Made by a program: the position numbers and the translations under genes
The notes under the pieces: generated by a model
Told to the model about the DNA's origin: nothing
The model's database searches: none
What the model saw: the letters and a program-made list of their open reading frames with translations, nothing else
NCBI GenBank assembly: GCA_963830365.1
Contig: CAWHMU010000035.1
Coordinates: forward strand, 1 to 64,000
Source of the DNA: an uncultured Chlamydiae bacterium
GTDB lineage: Bacteria > Chlamydiota > Chlamydiia > Chlamydiales > Parachlamydiaceae
Length of the DNA stretch: 64,000 nt
Reading direction: 5' to 3'
Shown: piece after piece, positions 29,773 through 40,469 of the stretch
Numbering within the stretch: position 1 is the stretch's first letter
How the letters are laid out: the number at the start of each line of letters is the position of its first letter

Positions 29773-32700
29773 CTAAACCGTCGCGTCCACCAGACTCTTT
29801 GAAAAATCCATGGTAAGGATTTTGGAGACGCCTTTTTCTTCCATGGAGACCCCGACAAGTACATCTGCGATGGCCATGGTGCGTTTGTTGTGCGTGATGA
29901 TGATGAATTGGCAACGGTCGACAAATTCCTTAACGATATTAACAAAACGCTCGACATTGGTATCGTCAAGTGGTGCATCGATTTCATCTAGGATGCAGAA
30001 AGGGGCAGGCTTGACTTCGAAGATGGCGAACAATAAGGCCATGGCTGTCAGGCATTTCTCGCCGCCGGAAAGCAGGTTGATGGAGCGCATCTGTTTGCCC
30101 GGAGGCTGGGCGATGATATCGATGCCCGCTTCAAGGATATCTGATGTTTCGGTAAATTGTAAATCGGCCTCGCCGCCATTGAACAGAATTTTAAAATTCT
30201 TTTTGAAATTGGCACTGATCTGATCAAAGGTGTCTTTGAATATTTTGCGGCTTTCCCCGTCGAGCTGGGCGATGATGGCCACAAGCTCCTGTTTGGAAAG
30301 ATCCAGATCATCGATTTGCTGATTCAAGAAGGTGTAGCGAGTTTTGTGTTTGTCGCACTCTTCAATCGATGTCATATTGATATCACCGGCATTTTCGATC
30401 TGTTGGCGTAAGGCTCGCATCTGCTTTTCTATTTGATCGACAGATTTGTCCAAGCTGCCGCAGGCGGCGAGGGCGTCTTTGACCGATAGGCGGTGGCGCT
30501 CCTGCAATTCATTCTCAAGCGACTGCATCGTCGATTCCAGCTGGGCCAGCTGGATGCCTACTTGGTGGCGGTCATTCTCATGTTTTTTCAAGATATTGCG
30601 GCGGTCATTGATTTTGGCTTCCAGATGTTCCAAAGCCTTTTTGCGTACCGCCACCTGCTGGTCGAGCTCGCTGCAGGCCGCGGTGACATCCGCCAGCACA
30701 TGTTCGACCTCATGCAGCAGCTTATCTACTTCAACACCCTGATGCTCGATTTGGGACTGCGAGGCGCGCCCCATTTCAATTTCATCCTGCAGGCGCTTTT
30801 GCTGCTGCGTACTTTCCAGATCTTTGACTTCAAGCACATTGAGCGCATGCGCCTGTTTGCGCTGTTCATCGGAGGCCTGCTGCCAGGCGGCCTCTTTTTC
30901 ACGCAGTTCATGGGCTTGCTGCTTCAGATCTGCCGCCAGCTTGTTGAGCTGTTCATTCAAGGCTTCGCCATCTTTCTGAGCTTTGGAGGCTAGCGCCTTG
31001 GCTTTAGCATGACGCATTTTAAGTTCGCCTAGCGCCTCTGAGAGATCGCCGATGATCCTTTCCACGCCCTGTTGTTCAAGCTGCTGCTGTTTGCTTTCGG
31101 CGCGCATTTTATCAAGATCTGTGGTGGCCTTTTGCAGAGAGAAATTCGTTTCTACCAGGCGCATCTCGGCGCGCCTTATCGTTTTATCCAATTCTGTGCG
31201 TTGGCCCTGCAGGTGGGCGCGTTTTTGCTGGATGGCACGCAGGACGTTATCCCATTGCAGCCTTTGTTCTTCAGACTCCAGTAACTTTTTATCAAGCGCC
31301 TTAAGTTCAGCTTCGCGCAGGAAAATATTGTTTTCTCCTGGCGTGGCATAAAAGACCACCGAGCGCCGATCAACCAGCACACCGTCAGCAAGACAGATTT
31401 CGACACCCTCTCCATTTTTAACCGCTTCCATGGGAGACAGCAGCTCCTTAGAAAAGAACACCCCATCTAAAAAGCAACGGGACACTTCATTTTCAATCAC
31501 ATGCAAGGCTAGTGGCACCAAGGCTTTGTTATTGACGGACTTGGCAGCTTTAAGATTTGCCATCAGCTCAAGGCAGAGCAGGGAAATATCTTTTATCTTA
31601 TTTTTCTTGGCAAAAGCTACCACGGCCTCGAAGTCGGCTTCCTTTTCAACGACCAGTGTTTGCGCATAGGGACGCATCACGGCTGCCAGTGCGGCCTCTT
31701 TGCCTTTTTCCGGTGTGAAATATTCGTAGAGACCTTTTATTTTATCGAAGAGCGGACTATCCTTTTTTGAAGCCTCTTCGAGCAGGCTTTTGCTACCGGC
31801 GGAAAACCCCTCGCGGTCATCGCGCAATCTTTGCAGAGCGCGCTGGCGGGCTTTGGCATCCGTTATTTCCTGATTTATGCGCTCAAATTCGATCTGAGCC
31901 TTGTCCATTTCTTCAGCGATCTCTTGCAGATCTTTTTCCATAGCGCTGAAGAGCTGTTTTTGCCCTTCCAAAGCCCGTGATGATTCGTCAAGCTGCCGTT
32001 TCTGCTCTGCCAGCTGCGCCACCAGTTCCTTTTCCAATGCCGTCAGACGGGCTTTGCGCTCATGCAGGTGGCTTTGCTTTTCCATGGCATTTTCCAAACG
32101 CACATGCGATTGCCGGCTGTCGCTTTCACATTGATTTTCGCTGTGTACAAGCTTAAGGCATTCCCTTTGCTGGTTTTGCTGATGGTCGCGCAGCTTAGCC
32201 AACTCTTCTTCGAGGACTTTGACCTTTTCGCGTTGTTTTTGGACGATGCTATCAAGTTCTGCACAGCGGTTATCAAGGACTTTCTGAGAGCTTTGAATCG
32301 TCCTACGTTCTTTTTCCCGCAGTTCGCGCCTTGCGTCCATGCCCTCAACTTCCTGCTGCCAGCGCTGTTCTTTAGCATGCAGATCTTTCAGGCGCTCTTG
32401 ATTGGACTGCTTTTCTTTTGACTTAATTTCTTTGGCGCTGCGGGCCTTAAAAACCTCTTCGCCACGTATGCGTAGGATCTTTTCGGCTTCAGCGACACCA
32501 TGTTTAGCTTCAGCCAGTTCGTTTTGCAGCGCTTCGATCTGGGAATGCGTATCCGTGATGCGCACATCTTGTTCACAGCCTTTTTTCTGGCCATCGCCGA
32601 AGCGTACTTGCAGTGTATTCCACTTAGTCGCCAGCAGTGTTTTCTCCAGAATTTCCAAGGCATTTTTATTCTCTTTATATTCGCGGGCTTTTTCGGCTTG

Positions 32701-33321
32701 CTGCTCTAATACGATGATTTGCCGTTCCACCTCCTTATGGATATCTTTGATACGCGATACATTGAGATCCGTCTGTTCCAGCTTGCGCAAGGCTTCTTTT
32801 TTGCGCTGCAAGAAGCGCAAGATGCCGGCAGCCTCTTCAAAGATATAGCGGCGTTCTAATGGAGAAAGATTGATTATTTGATCGATTTTACCCTGTTCAA
32901 AGATGGAGTAGGCATCTTTACCCATGCCGGAATCGAGGAATAGCCCTTGCACATCTTTTAAGCGCACCAGATGACGGTTGATGAAATATTCGGATTCACC
33001 ACTTCGATGCAGTCGGCGCGTGACGGATACTTCGTCATAGTCAATAGGCAACTTGCCATCGATATCGGTCAGGGTGATCGTCACTTCGGCAAAGTTGAGG
33101 GGCTTGCGATGCGTCGTGCCGGCGAAAATCACGTCGGGCATCTTATGGCCGCGCATGGATTTAGCCGATTGTTCCCCCAGCACCCAGCGGAAAGCATCGG
33201 CGATATTGGATTTTCCACAACCGTTGGGGCCGACGACGGCGGTGATGCCCGGATCGAATTCAAACTTGGTCTTATCGGCAAAGGATTTGAATCCCAGAAT
33301 TTCCAGTCTTTTAAGTCGCAC
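29773..33321 (-). CDS. smc: Chromosome segregation protein SMC
   Basis: GFKSF, GPNGCGKSN, long coiled coils with hinge, LSGGEK, ILDEIDAPLD, ITHNK. Confidence 0.97.
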   Translation of the reverse strand: MRLKRLEILGFKSFADKTKFEFDPGITAVVGPNGCGKSNIADAFRWVLGEQSAKSMRGHKMPDVIFAGTTHRKPLNFAEVTITLTDIDGKLPIDYDEVSVTRRLHRSGESEYFINRHLVRLKDVQGLFLDSGMGKDAYSIFEQGKIDQIINLSPLERRYIFEEAAGILRFLQRKKEALRKLEQTDLNVSRIKDIHKEVERQIIVLEQQAEKAREYKENKNALEILEKTLLATKWNTLQVRFGDGQKKGCEQDVRITDTHSQIEALQNELAEAKHGVAEAEKILRIRGEEVFKARSAKEIKSKEKQSNQERLKDLHAKEQRWQQEVEGMDARRELREKERRTIQSSQKVLDNRCAELDSIVQKQREKVKVLEEELAKLRDHQQNQQRECLKLVHSENQCESDSRQSHVRLENAMEKQSHLHERKARLTALEKELVAQLAEQKRQLDESSRALEGQKQLFSAMEKDLQEIAEEMDKAQIEFERINQEITDAKARQRALQRLRDDREGFSAGSKSLLEEASKKDSPLFDKIKGLYEYFTPEKGKEAALAAVMRPYAQTLVVEKEADFEAVVAFAKKNKIKDISLLCLELMANLKAAKSVNNKALVPLALHVIENEVSRCFLDGVFFSKELLSPMEAVKNGEGVEICLADGVLVDRRSVVFYATPGENNIFLREAELKALDKKLLESEEQRLQWDNVLRAIQQKRAHLQGQRTELDKTIRRAEMRLVETNFSLQKATTDLDKMRAESKQQQLEQQGVERIIGDLSEALGELKMRHAKAKALASKAQKDGEALNEQLNKLAADLKQQAHELREKEAAWQQASDEQRKQAHALNVLEVKDLESTQQQKRLQDEIEMGRASQSQIEHQGVEVDKLLHEVEHVLADVTAACSELDQQVAVRKKALEHLEAKINDRRNILKKHENDRHQVGIQLAQLESTMQSLENELQERHRLSVKDALAACGSLDKSVDQIEKQMRALRQQIENAGDINMTSIEECDKHKTRYTFLNQQIDDLDLSKQELVAIIAQLDGESRKIFKDTFDQISANFKKNFKILFNGGEADLQFTETSDILEAGIDIIAQPPGKQMRSINLLSGGEKCLTAMALLFAIFEVKPAPFCILDEIDAPLDDTNVERFVNIVKEFVDRCQFIIITHNKRTMAIADVLVGVSMEEKGVSKILTMDFSKSLVDATV

Positions 33322-33673
33322 AATAATCTCCCCAGCAGCAGCGCTTTGTATTTTGCTAAGAAAGATAAAAGAAGAGGCTATAAAGAAAAAAGCAAAAAGG
33401 TGTGTTCCTTAAGAATTTTTCGCCACCGAGCCACCGAGACACAGACAAACAATAGGGCTAAATCTTTAATGTTCTCCCGTTCTAATTAGGTAGCATATTC
33501 GGCCATCTAATTCACTTCTTCCTCAGTGTTGTGCAAAAACAAACAGGATGCATATGATCGCAAGCGGCAGGGTTGTCAACATAAACCCATGATGCGATGG
33601 CTGTGAGGTATCCCCCTTTCTTTGCCTTAGCAATCCGATGGGTGGATATTGATCTCAGAAAAGGTTTCCTGCT

Positions 33674-33826
33674 TTAGATGGCGCCTTCGGGAGTATTTAC
33701 GTAGGGAGAGCCTGCCCCGGGATATTGAAAAACATGTTGAAAGAAGGCAGGTTGATAAAAATAGAAGTATACCAGCAAGAGAAGCAGCCCTACCCAAACC
33801 AAAATAATCCATGATTTCGTCATCAT
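33674..33826 (-). CDS. Putative 50-aa single-TM small protein (not in ORF track)
   Basis: MMTKSWIILVWVGLLLLLVYFYFYQPAFFQHVFQYPGAGSPYVNTPEGAI; purine-rich RBS; starts 18 nt after the emrB stop. Confidence 0.55.
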   Translation of the reverse strand: MMTKSWIILVWVGLLLLLVYFYFYQPAFFQHVFQYPGAGSPYVNTPEGAI

Positions 33827-33844
33827 TCCCCCTTTTCCTTATGT

Positions 33845-35383
33845 TTACTCTCCGACCACGACATCCTTGCTCATGACCACGCGCTTACAAAGCATTGGCA
33901 GCGGTGTAATCAAAAGGAATATCCAGGCCCCCATCCATGAAAGATCATTGGTCGATAGCATGAAGGCTTGCTGATCTACTAGCCCATTTATGAGGCGGTT
34001 AACAACTTCCGGCACAAAGTTGATGTTTACATGACTCAAAGACTCATATAACTGGGTCGTTAATGGTCTATATGCTGTCACATCCTCACTCAATCGCTCG
34101 TGATGGAAAATTTGCAGACGGTTCCACATTTGTATCGATATTGAAGTGCCAAAACCTGTACCAATTAAAATCCGGATGAAATTAAACAAGCCGGCAGCAC
34201 TGGCATAGCGTTCTTTAGGAATTGCGCCTAAAGACAACTGTACTAAAGGTAAAAAGAAGATTACCAGTCCAAAGCCTTGATAGAAACGTGCCAGCATGAC
34301 ATCAAACAGGGAGGCTTGCGAAGTTAAACTGGCTTGATAGAAAAAACCCAGCGCAAAAAGAAAAAAGCTCGTGGCCGCGACTTTGCGCAGATCGAAGCGG
34401 TTCAGATTTTTTCCCATCGGCGCCGTTAATAAAATGGATGCGATCCCGATGGGAGCCACGGCCACGCCCGCCCAAAACGCTGTATAAGATTGTACCGTCT
34501 GTAGCCAGAGGGGAATGACGACGGTGCTGCCGAAGATTAACAGATAGGCCACAGTAACGCAGAATGTGCCGATAGCGAAATTGCGATCTTTGAAGAATGA
34601 AAAGTCTACGATAGGGTATTTTTGGAATTTCGTCCATATCGCAAAATAAGCCAGCGAGATGACTGAGATAGCCGTCAAGGCGATGATGACATTGGATTCA
34701 AACCAGTCCAGATCTTTGCCCTTATCAAGCATAATCTGTAGGCAACAGACCCCTGTGGACAGCAAAATAAGCCCCCACCAATCGATGGGATTGCGCACAA
34801 GCTTGCTTTCGTGTTTGCTAAGCATCGCCCATATCACCGTGGCCGAAAAGATGCCGATAGGGACGTTGATATAAAAGATCCACGGCCAGGAATATACATC
34901 CGTCAGATAGCCCCCCAAGATAGGCCCGATAACGGGAGCTACAATGACAATAATAACCCAGAATCCCAATGCCACCCCTTGCTTTTCGGGAGGATTGAAA
35001 TCCATGATCAAGCTTTGAGACAGAGGAATTAAGGAGCCGGCCACAGCTCCCTGCAAAACCCTGCATACTACCAACATGGTTAAGCTGGAGGAAAATCCGC
35101 ACAGGAAAGACATCAAAGCAAACAGCAAGACAGAATACACGAACAGGCGCACCCGCCCGAAATAATCGGAAAGCCATCCTGTAAGGGGTAATACGATGGC
35201 ATTACTGACGGCAAATGATGTAATTACCCATGTGCCTTGATCGACACTGACGCTGAGATTTCCGGCGATATATGGGATAGCCACATTGGCAATTGACGTA
35301 TCAAGCACCTGGATGAATGTGCCCAAGCCTAAAGCCAGATTGATCAGTATCAGGCGTCCGCCTTTTTCGTATTCTTGAGCCAT
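33845..35383 (-). CDS. emrB: DHA2-family MFS efflux permease (EmrB-like)
   Basis: QVLDTSIANVA, WVITSF, GPILGG, WIFYINVP, MLDKG; about 14 TM segments. Confidence 0.92.
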   Translation of the reverse strand: MAQEYEKGGRLILINLALGLGTFIQVLDTSIANVAIPYIAGNLSVSVDQGTWVITSFAVSNAIVLPLTGWLSDYFGRVRLFVYSVLLFALMSFLCGFSSSLTMLVVCRVLQGAVAGSLIPLSQSLIMDFNPPEKQGVALGFWVIIVIVAPVIGPILGGYLTDVYSWPWIFYINVPIGIFSATVIWAMLSKHESKLVRNPIDWWGLILLSTGVCCLQIMLDKGKDLDWFESNVIIALTAISVISLAYFAIWTKFQKYPIVDFSFFKDRNFAIGTFCVTVAYLLIFGSTVVIPLWLQTVQSYTAFWAGVAVAPIGIASILLTAPMGKNLNRFDLRKVAATSFFLFALGFFYQASLTSQASLFDVMLARFYQGFGLVIFFLPLVQLSLGAIPKERYASAAGLFNFIRILIGTGFGTSISIQMWNRLQIFHHERLSEDVTAYRPLTTQLYESLSHVNINFVPEVVNRLINGLVDQQAFMLSTNDLSWMGAWIFLLITPLPMLCKRVVMSKDVVVGE

Positions 35384-35389
35384 ATGATG

Positions 35390-36661
35390 TTATGGTTTTT
35401 CTTGATTGAGGTTGGCGCGGATCACGTCATTGATAACCTTATTAACTTTTTCCAAATGGATATCAAAGACAGGTGTTGATGCCACGGCTTTAGTCGATGG
35501 TGTCGGTGCCAGCATCGGTAAATCACGGTTGGCGATATCGACAGACGCTTCAGCCGAAATTCCAAGCCTGATGGGATAATCCTTCAGCATCTTGGCATCC
35601 AGGCTGATGCGCACAGGCAGGCGCTGTACAATTTTAATCCAATTGCCGGTGGCGTTCTGCGCAGGAATGATCGAGAATACGCTGCCGGTGCCGGATGCGA
35701 TACCGATGACTGTGCCTTCGAATTTGACATCAGAGCCATAGATATCAAATTTCACCGTGGCTGGCTGTCCGATGCGCATATGTGCCAGCTGAGTTTCCTT
35801 GAAATTTGCATCTACCCACACATAATCTGTGGGGATAACAGCCATCATAGCTGTATTCGGTGTGACGGTTTGTCCCACTTCGACAGCGCGTTGGGCTACA
35901 TAGCCTGTCGCCGGTGCATAGATTGAGCAGTGCTGCAAGTTGTAATACGCCTGCTTTACGGTAGCTATCTGCTGTTCGATGTTGGGATGTTTTTCCAATG
36001 GAGTGTTGCCGGTGGCATCCAGGGCAACTTTAAGTTCGGATTCGGCTTGCTTTAGGTTAAGCTCCGCCACCGATAAATCGTCCTTAGAGTGAGAAAACTC
36101 CTCGTTAGACACGGCCTTAGAACCAATCAATCCGGATCGGTTTTGGAAATCATAACGCGTCCTTTCCACCATAGTGCGCTTGCTTGCCACAGCTGCGCGG
36201 CGCGCATCGACGCTGTCATACAGTTGCCTGACTTGCAATACTGTTGATGCTAGGCCGGCGATAGCCTTATCATATTCCATCTGATATTTCGTACTGTCCA
36301 ACAGCACCAATAGCTGACCTTCATTCACAAGATCGGTATTGTCGGCATAGAAAGACACCACAGACCCCGGGATGGCGGCATTGATGCTGATCATACTGCC
36401 ATTGGCATAGGCATCATCGGTAGTCTCATAAAAGCGCAGATAGAAAAACCACCAGCTGAACCAGGCTGCCGTGGCGGCGATAAGAATAAAGGTGAACCAC
36501 CACAAGGCGTGATTTCTTTTATGGTTGTCGGCCTGCGCTGATGGCTCATGCGACGGATTTGTTGATGGCGCATCATTTTCAGCTGTTAAGCTAGTGCCGG
36601 CATGGGATTCATTCCGAGTCGCTTGGCGTTCATTTGAATTTTCGTTTTGAGAGGCAGTCAT
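35390..36661 (-). CDS. emrA: EmrA-like periplasmic adaptor (HlyD family)
   Basis: TDDAY, WVDANFKETQL, IPAQNATGNWIKIVQRLPVRI. Confidence 0.93.
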   Translation of the reverse strand: MTASQNENSNERQATRNESHAGTSLTAENDAPSTNPSHEPSAQADNHKRNHALWWFTFILIAATAAWFSWWFFYLRFYETTDDAYANGSMISINAAIPGSVVSFYADNTDLVNEGQLLVLLDSTKYQMEYDKAIAGLASTVLQVRQLYDSVDARRAAVASKRTMVERTRYDFQNRSGLIGSKAVSNEEFSHSKDDLSVAELNLKQAESELKVALDATGNTPLEKHPNIEQQIATVKQAYYNLQHCSIYAPATGYVAQRAVEVGQTVTPNTAMMAVIPTDYVWVDANFKETQLAHMRIGQPATVKFDIYGSDVKFEGTVIGIASGTGSVFSIIPAQNATGNWIKIVQRLPVRISLDAKMLKDYPIRLGISAEASVDIANRDLPMLAPTPSTKAVASTPVFDIHLEKVNKVINDVIRANLNQEKP

Positions 36662-36664
36662 TTT

Positions 36665-38182
36665 TCACCTTTCTATATTACAGACGTCGTATCCGCCGCC
36701 AAGAGCTTTTATCAATGATAGCATGGCCTGGATGGTTCTTCCTTGGGCAACGACTTGTTGGTCGAGCGCCATCAGCATATTTTCTTCACTGGTCAAATAA
36801 TCTAAATCCGAATTCAAGTTAAACTGCACGCGCAGTTTGGAAATATCAAAGAGTTCCTGCTGATATCCGGTCATCTTTTTGGTTTCGTTAAGCTGCTGTT
36901 CTCTTATGCGCAGCACGGCGATGCCATCAAGCACTTCTTTAGCGGCATTGATGACTAAATTGTTATACTGGAAAATGGCCGCATCGTAGCTAACTTCGGA
37001 TCCGCGCAGATTGGCAATCAGGCGACCGCCTTCAAAAATAGGCAGGCTGAAGGCTGGATCGACGTTGAAAAATTTGCTGCGCCCCCAAAACAGCTCGTGC
37101 AGATGGATCGTTTGGAAGCCTAGGAAGGCTGTCAAATTGACGTCGGGGTAAAATCCGGCTTTTGCCACTTCGATATGTCTGTCGGCAGATTCTATCATCC
37201 ATAGCTGGGCGATGATGTCCGGGCGGCGTGCAATCAGGCGCAGTGGCAGATCGCAAGGCAATAACACTTTTGGCAGCGGCTGCAAAGCCACTTTGGCATC
37301 GACGATCTGTTCATCGAAATCACCTGCAAGATAGGCTTTAAGCTGATATTCATTGACCGCGATGTCGCCTTGAATCTCCAGCAGCTTTTGTTTTACCGCG
37401 GTCACATTGACTTGTGCGGCATTGATCGTCTGGATGTTATTTAAGTTGCCATTAAGGCGTTTTTGCACAATTTCCAGATAGCTGGCCTTGTTATCCACCA
37501 GTGCTTGGGCAATTTCTTGACGTTTATAGCCTATCTGCAATTGGAAATAGACTTGTGCCACTGCCATGCCAAGCTGCAAATGCGAAAATGCATCATCGGC
37601 GATGTTGGCCTGCACTTCTCCCAAGGCCGCGCGCAGCGTATGGCGATTTTTCCCCCATATATCGAAGTCATATTTGAGGGCCAGCTCGGTTTCTGTCTGG
37701 GTGAAATATACTGGTATGAAGTTAGTAATTGGTGGTAGCGGCAGGCTGGAGCCTCCCGGTGTCGCCGACAATGCGTTGGCAGAACCGAAAGGAATAAGGC
37801 CTGTCTCGCTCAGCTTCTGGCGGGAGACGTCCCCTCCCCATCCCAGGGTTGGATAGAGCGTCGACCGCATCCTATCGGCATTATATGTCGCCTGTAAAAC
37901 CTTAGCCTCGGAGGCTTGTAAAGAAGGGTTTCTTGCAAAAGCAGTCTCTATGAATTCACTGAGCTGGCAGTCGTTGAACAGCGTCCACCATGAATCCGGC
38001 ACATACTCGGTGAGTTCTATCAAAGCGTCAGAACCTGCCAATTGCGTAGCACTTTCCAGCACCCTGCCTGGAGGCTCGATAGGCTGTGCGCGCGGGCCAG
38101 AACTGCAACTGCATGCTGCTGCCAGTAGGATAGCAAGCCAACATTGGCGATGTGACTTCACATTATTTAAATTCCGATCCAT
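36665..38182 (-). CDS. Efflux outer-membrane factor lipoprotein (NodT family)
   Basis: Lipobox-like LAAAC, WWTLFND, RRPDI, FYPDVNL, LPIFEGGRL, LIKALGGG. Confidence 0.9.
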   Translation of the reverse strand: MDRNLNNVKSHRQCWLAILLAAACSCSSGPRAQPIEPPGRVLESATQLAGSDALIELTEYVPDSWWTLFNDCQLSEFIETAFARNPSLQASEAKVLQATYNADRMRSTLYPTLGWGGDVSRQKLSETGLIPFGSANALSATPGGSSLPLPPITNFIPVYFTQTETELALKYDFDIWGKNRHTLRAALGEVQANIADDAFSHLQLGMAVAQVYFQLQIGYKRQEIAQALVDNKASYLEIVQKRLNGNLNNIQTINAAQVNVTAVKQKLLEIQGDIAVNEYQLKAYLAGDFDEQIVDAKVALQPLPKVLLPCDLPLRLIARRPDIIAQLWMIESADRHIEVAKAGFYPDVNLTAFLGFQTIHLHELFWGRSKFFNVDPAFSLPIFEGGRLIANLRGSEVSYDAAIFQYNNLVINAAKEVLDGIAVLRIREQQLNETKKMTGYQQELFDISKLRVQFNLNSDLDYLTSEENMLMALDQQVVAQGRTIQAMLSLIKALGGGYDVCNIER

Positions 38183-38319
38183 GAGAATAGTTAAGCCGCT
38201 CTAAAAATGTTTTAAAAATTTCAACATACCTACATATGTTTTTTTTTCTAACAAAGAAATCAAAAAAAACTCTAAGTTGTGGCTTCACACTAATGTTTAT
38301 AAAAAATTAATGAGGAAAG

Positions 38320-40021
38320 ATGATACTTCGCACACTGCATAATCTCTTCGTTTTTTTAAGCTGCGCCTGCCTATGCCTGCCTGCTGGCTTATTTGCGGCC
38401 GGACATAAAATCAAAATCACCGATCGCGGCAGCACCTACCATGCTGATTACATCGTTGTCGGCGTTGGCGCGGCCGGCTCTGTGGTGGCCAAGATGCTCA
38501 CTGATGATATGAAAACTTCTGTACTAGCGCTTGAAGCCGGCGAGAACCACAATGCCGATCCGGACATCCAACTGGCCATCAATGCCCCGTTAGTAGGTTA
38601 TGAAGATAAAGCCGAATATTTCTGGCCGGGGGAAACCATTGGCGAGCCTGGACTTAACGGACGCGCTACCGATTGGACAACCGGACGCCTGCTGGGTGGA
38701 GGTTCTGCCGTCAATACCCTATTCTACTGCCGCGGCACAGGCCAGTTGTATAAAGGCTGGGAACAAGTTGCCGGTGCGCGCTGGTCCGCCGACAACATGT
38801 TCAACATTGCCAAGTCATTGGAAAACTTCTCCGGCCTGCCAGGTAATTTCAATCCTGCTGCCCACGGCAGCGGCGGATTGGTTGACATCCGCCAAGCTCC
38901 GGCGCAGCCCACAGCGTTGGCATTGGCACTAACCAATACACTGGCCACTGCGGCCGCTGTGCCAATCCTTACCGACTACAATGACCCTGCCACTCCCATC
39001 GGCGTCAGCCCCTACATGCAATATTTCCAAAATGGCCCAGCCGGACAATACCGCGTGAGTGCGGCCACGGCCTTTCTGAATGACAGGGTAATGGCAGCCA
39101 ATGGCATCGGCATCGATAAACGGCGGCTGCTGGTGCTAATGCGCTCTACCGCCTTAAAGATTTTATGGAGTAGAAATACAGCCAGCGGCATCGAATTTTT
39201 GAAAGACGGCGTGCTCTTAAAAGCCTATGCCAACAAAGGCGTCATCCTGTGTGCAGGCATCAACAGCTGCACACTGCTGCAGCATTCAGGCATCGGCCCT
39301 GAAAGAACTGCTCGCCGCTTATAGTATCCCCCTCAAATTTGCCAATCCCAATGTCGGGGAAAATGTCAAAGACCACGCCAACATGGTCGTGCTCTTCGAC
39401 ACACCGCCCGAAACACCTCTCGTGCCACCAAACGATCCCAATGCCTTTGCCCAACTCGTTGGCTGGCTGCCCGACCCGGCAGCAAATGCCGATAAAAATG
39501 CCCGTGCCGTCGAAATCATCACCTATGCTTTCCTGCCAAATACGCTGGCCTTGGGAGTTATCCCATTAAACCCTCAAAGCCTGGGCAGCGTGCGCATTCA
39601 AAGCTCAGACCCGCTGCAATTGCCCCTGGCTGATCCTTGCATTTTCAGCCAAACGGCCGATATGGACTTGCTGGTACGGGTCTTTAGAGCTTATATACAG
39701 CCGATCATGAATTATCTCATCAGCCAGAGCTTCACTCCCATAGGACTGACCAATGCCATCATCGACGATACCGTCCAGCTGGAACAATTTATCCGCAACC
39801 AGATCAACCTTTATGGTGGCATTCACAACTACATGGGCATGGCGCGCATGGCACCCTTGGGCCAAGGCGGCGTTGTCGATCAGTACGGACGGGTTTATGG
39901 CGTGAAAAATCTGTTTGTAGCCGATAATTCGATAGCCCCGGCCATCATAGACGGATCAACCACCTCTCCCGCCCTCATCATTGGCTATAATATTGCCCAG
40001 GGCATCCTGGAGCTGCAGTGA
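38320..40021 (+). pseudogene. GMC-family oxidoreductase with signal peptide, split by a single frameshift near 39301-39304
   Basis: DYIVVGVGAAG, GRLLGGGSAVN, LQHSGIGP in ORF 38320-39324; ELL...NVGENVKDH, GVVD..GRVYGVKNLFVADNS in ORF 39227-40021. Confidence 0.85.
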
Positions 40022-40074
40022 AAAAACAATGAGAGGCAAAAGGTTTTTCTGAAGTGCTTATATATATAAAAAAC

Positions 40075-40312
40075 AACGCAAGGGAACAGCCAAAAGACGC
40101 AAAGGTGCAGAGGAAAGCAATTCACCACAGAGGCACCGAGACACAGAGAAACAAGCCGCATATAACAGGATGGCAAGATAGACAGGATAAGCGTAGCAGG
40201 ATAGAAAAAAGCCATCCTGTTATATGCGGCTTGCTTCTCTGTGTCTCGGTGCCTCTGTGGTTTGAATTGCCTTCCTTAGCGTCTTTTGCGCCTTATGCCG
40301 CTTTGCGTTGAA
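40075..40312. repeat. Long intergenic palindrome between convergent genes
   Basis: 50-bp arms 40125-40174 and 40211-40260 with 1 mismatch, 36-nt loop, degenerate outer arms. Confidence 0.88.
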
Positions 40313-40469
40313 TTTTTTTGCAAACAAGCACTCCCTACAACCAGATGTTGTTATATTTTTGAGGTGGTCGGTATTTGATGTGAAGAATGGATGGCAATGA
40401 TAGAATGACAAAAAATAGGCACAGATTTTTAGCGGCAATTGTCGCTAGAAATCCGTGCCTGTTTACGGT

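Noticed and set aside
29810..33489. Numerous overlapping ORFs antisense to smc (and similar ones opposite other long genes)
   Set aside because: Shadow ORFs of well-supported genes with no motifs of their own
33627..33812. 61-aa ORF from the track
   Set aside because: The overlapping alternative frame 33674-33826 has the better RBS spacing and a clean TM helix
39295..39324. Programmed ribosomal frameshift in the GMC gene
   Set aside because: No canonical slippery heptamer or long homopolymer at the junction
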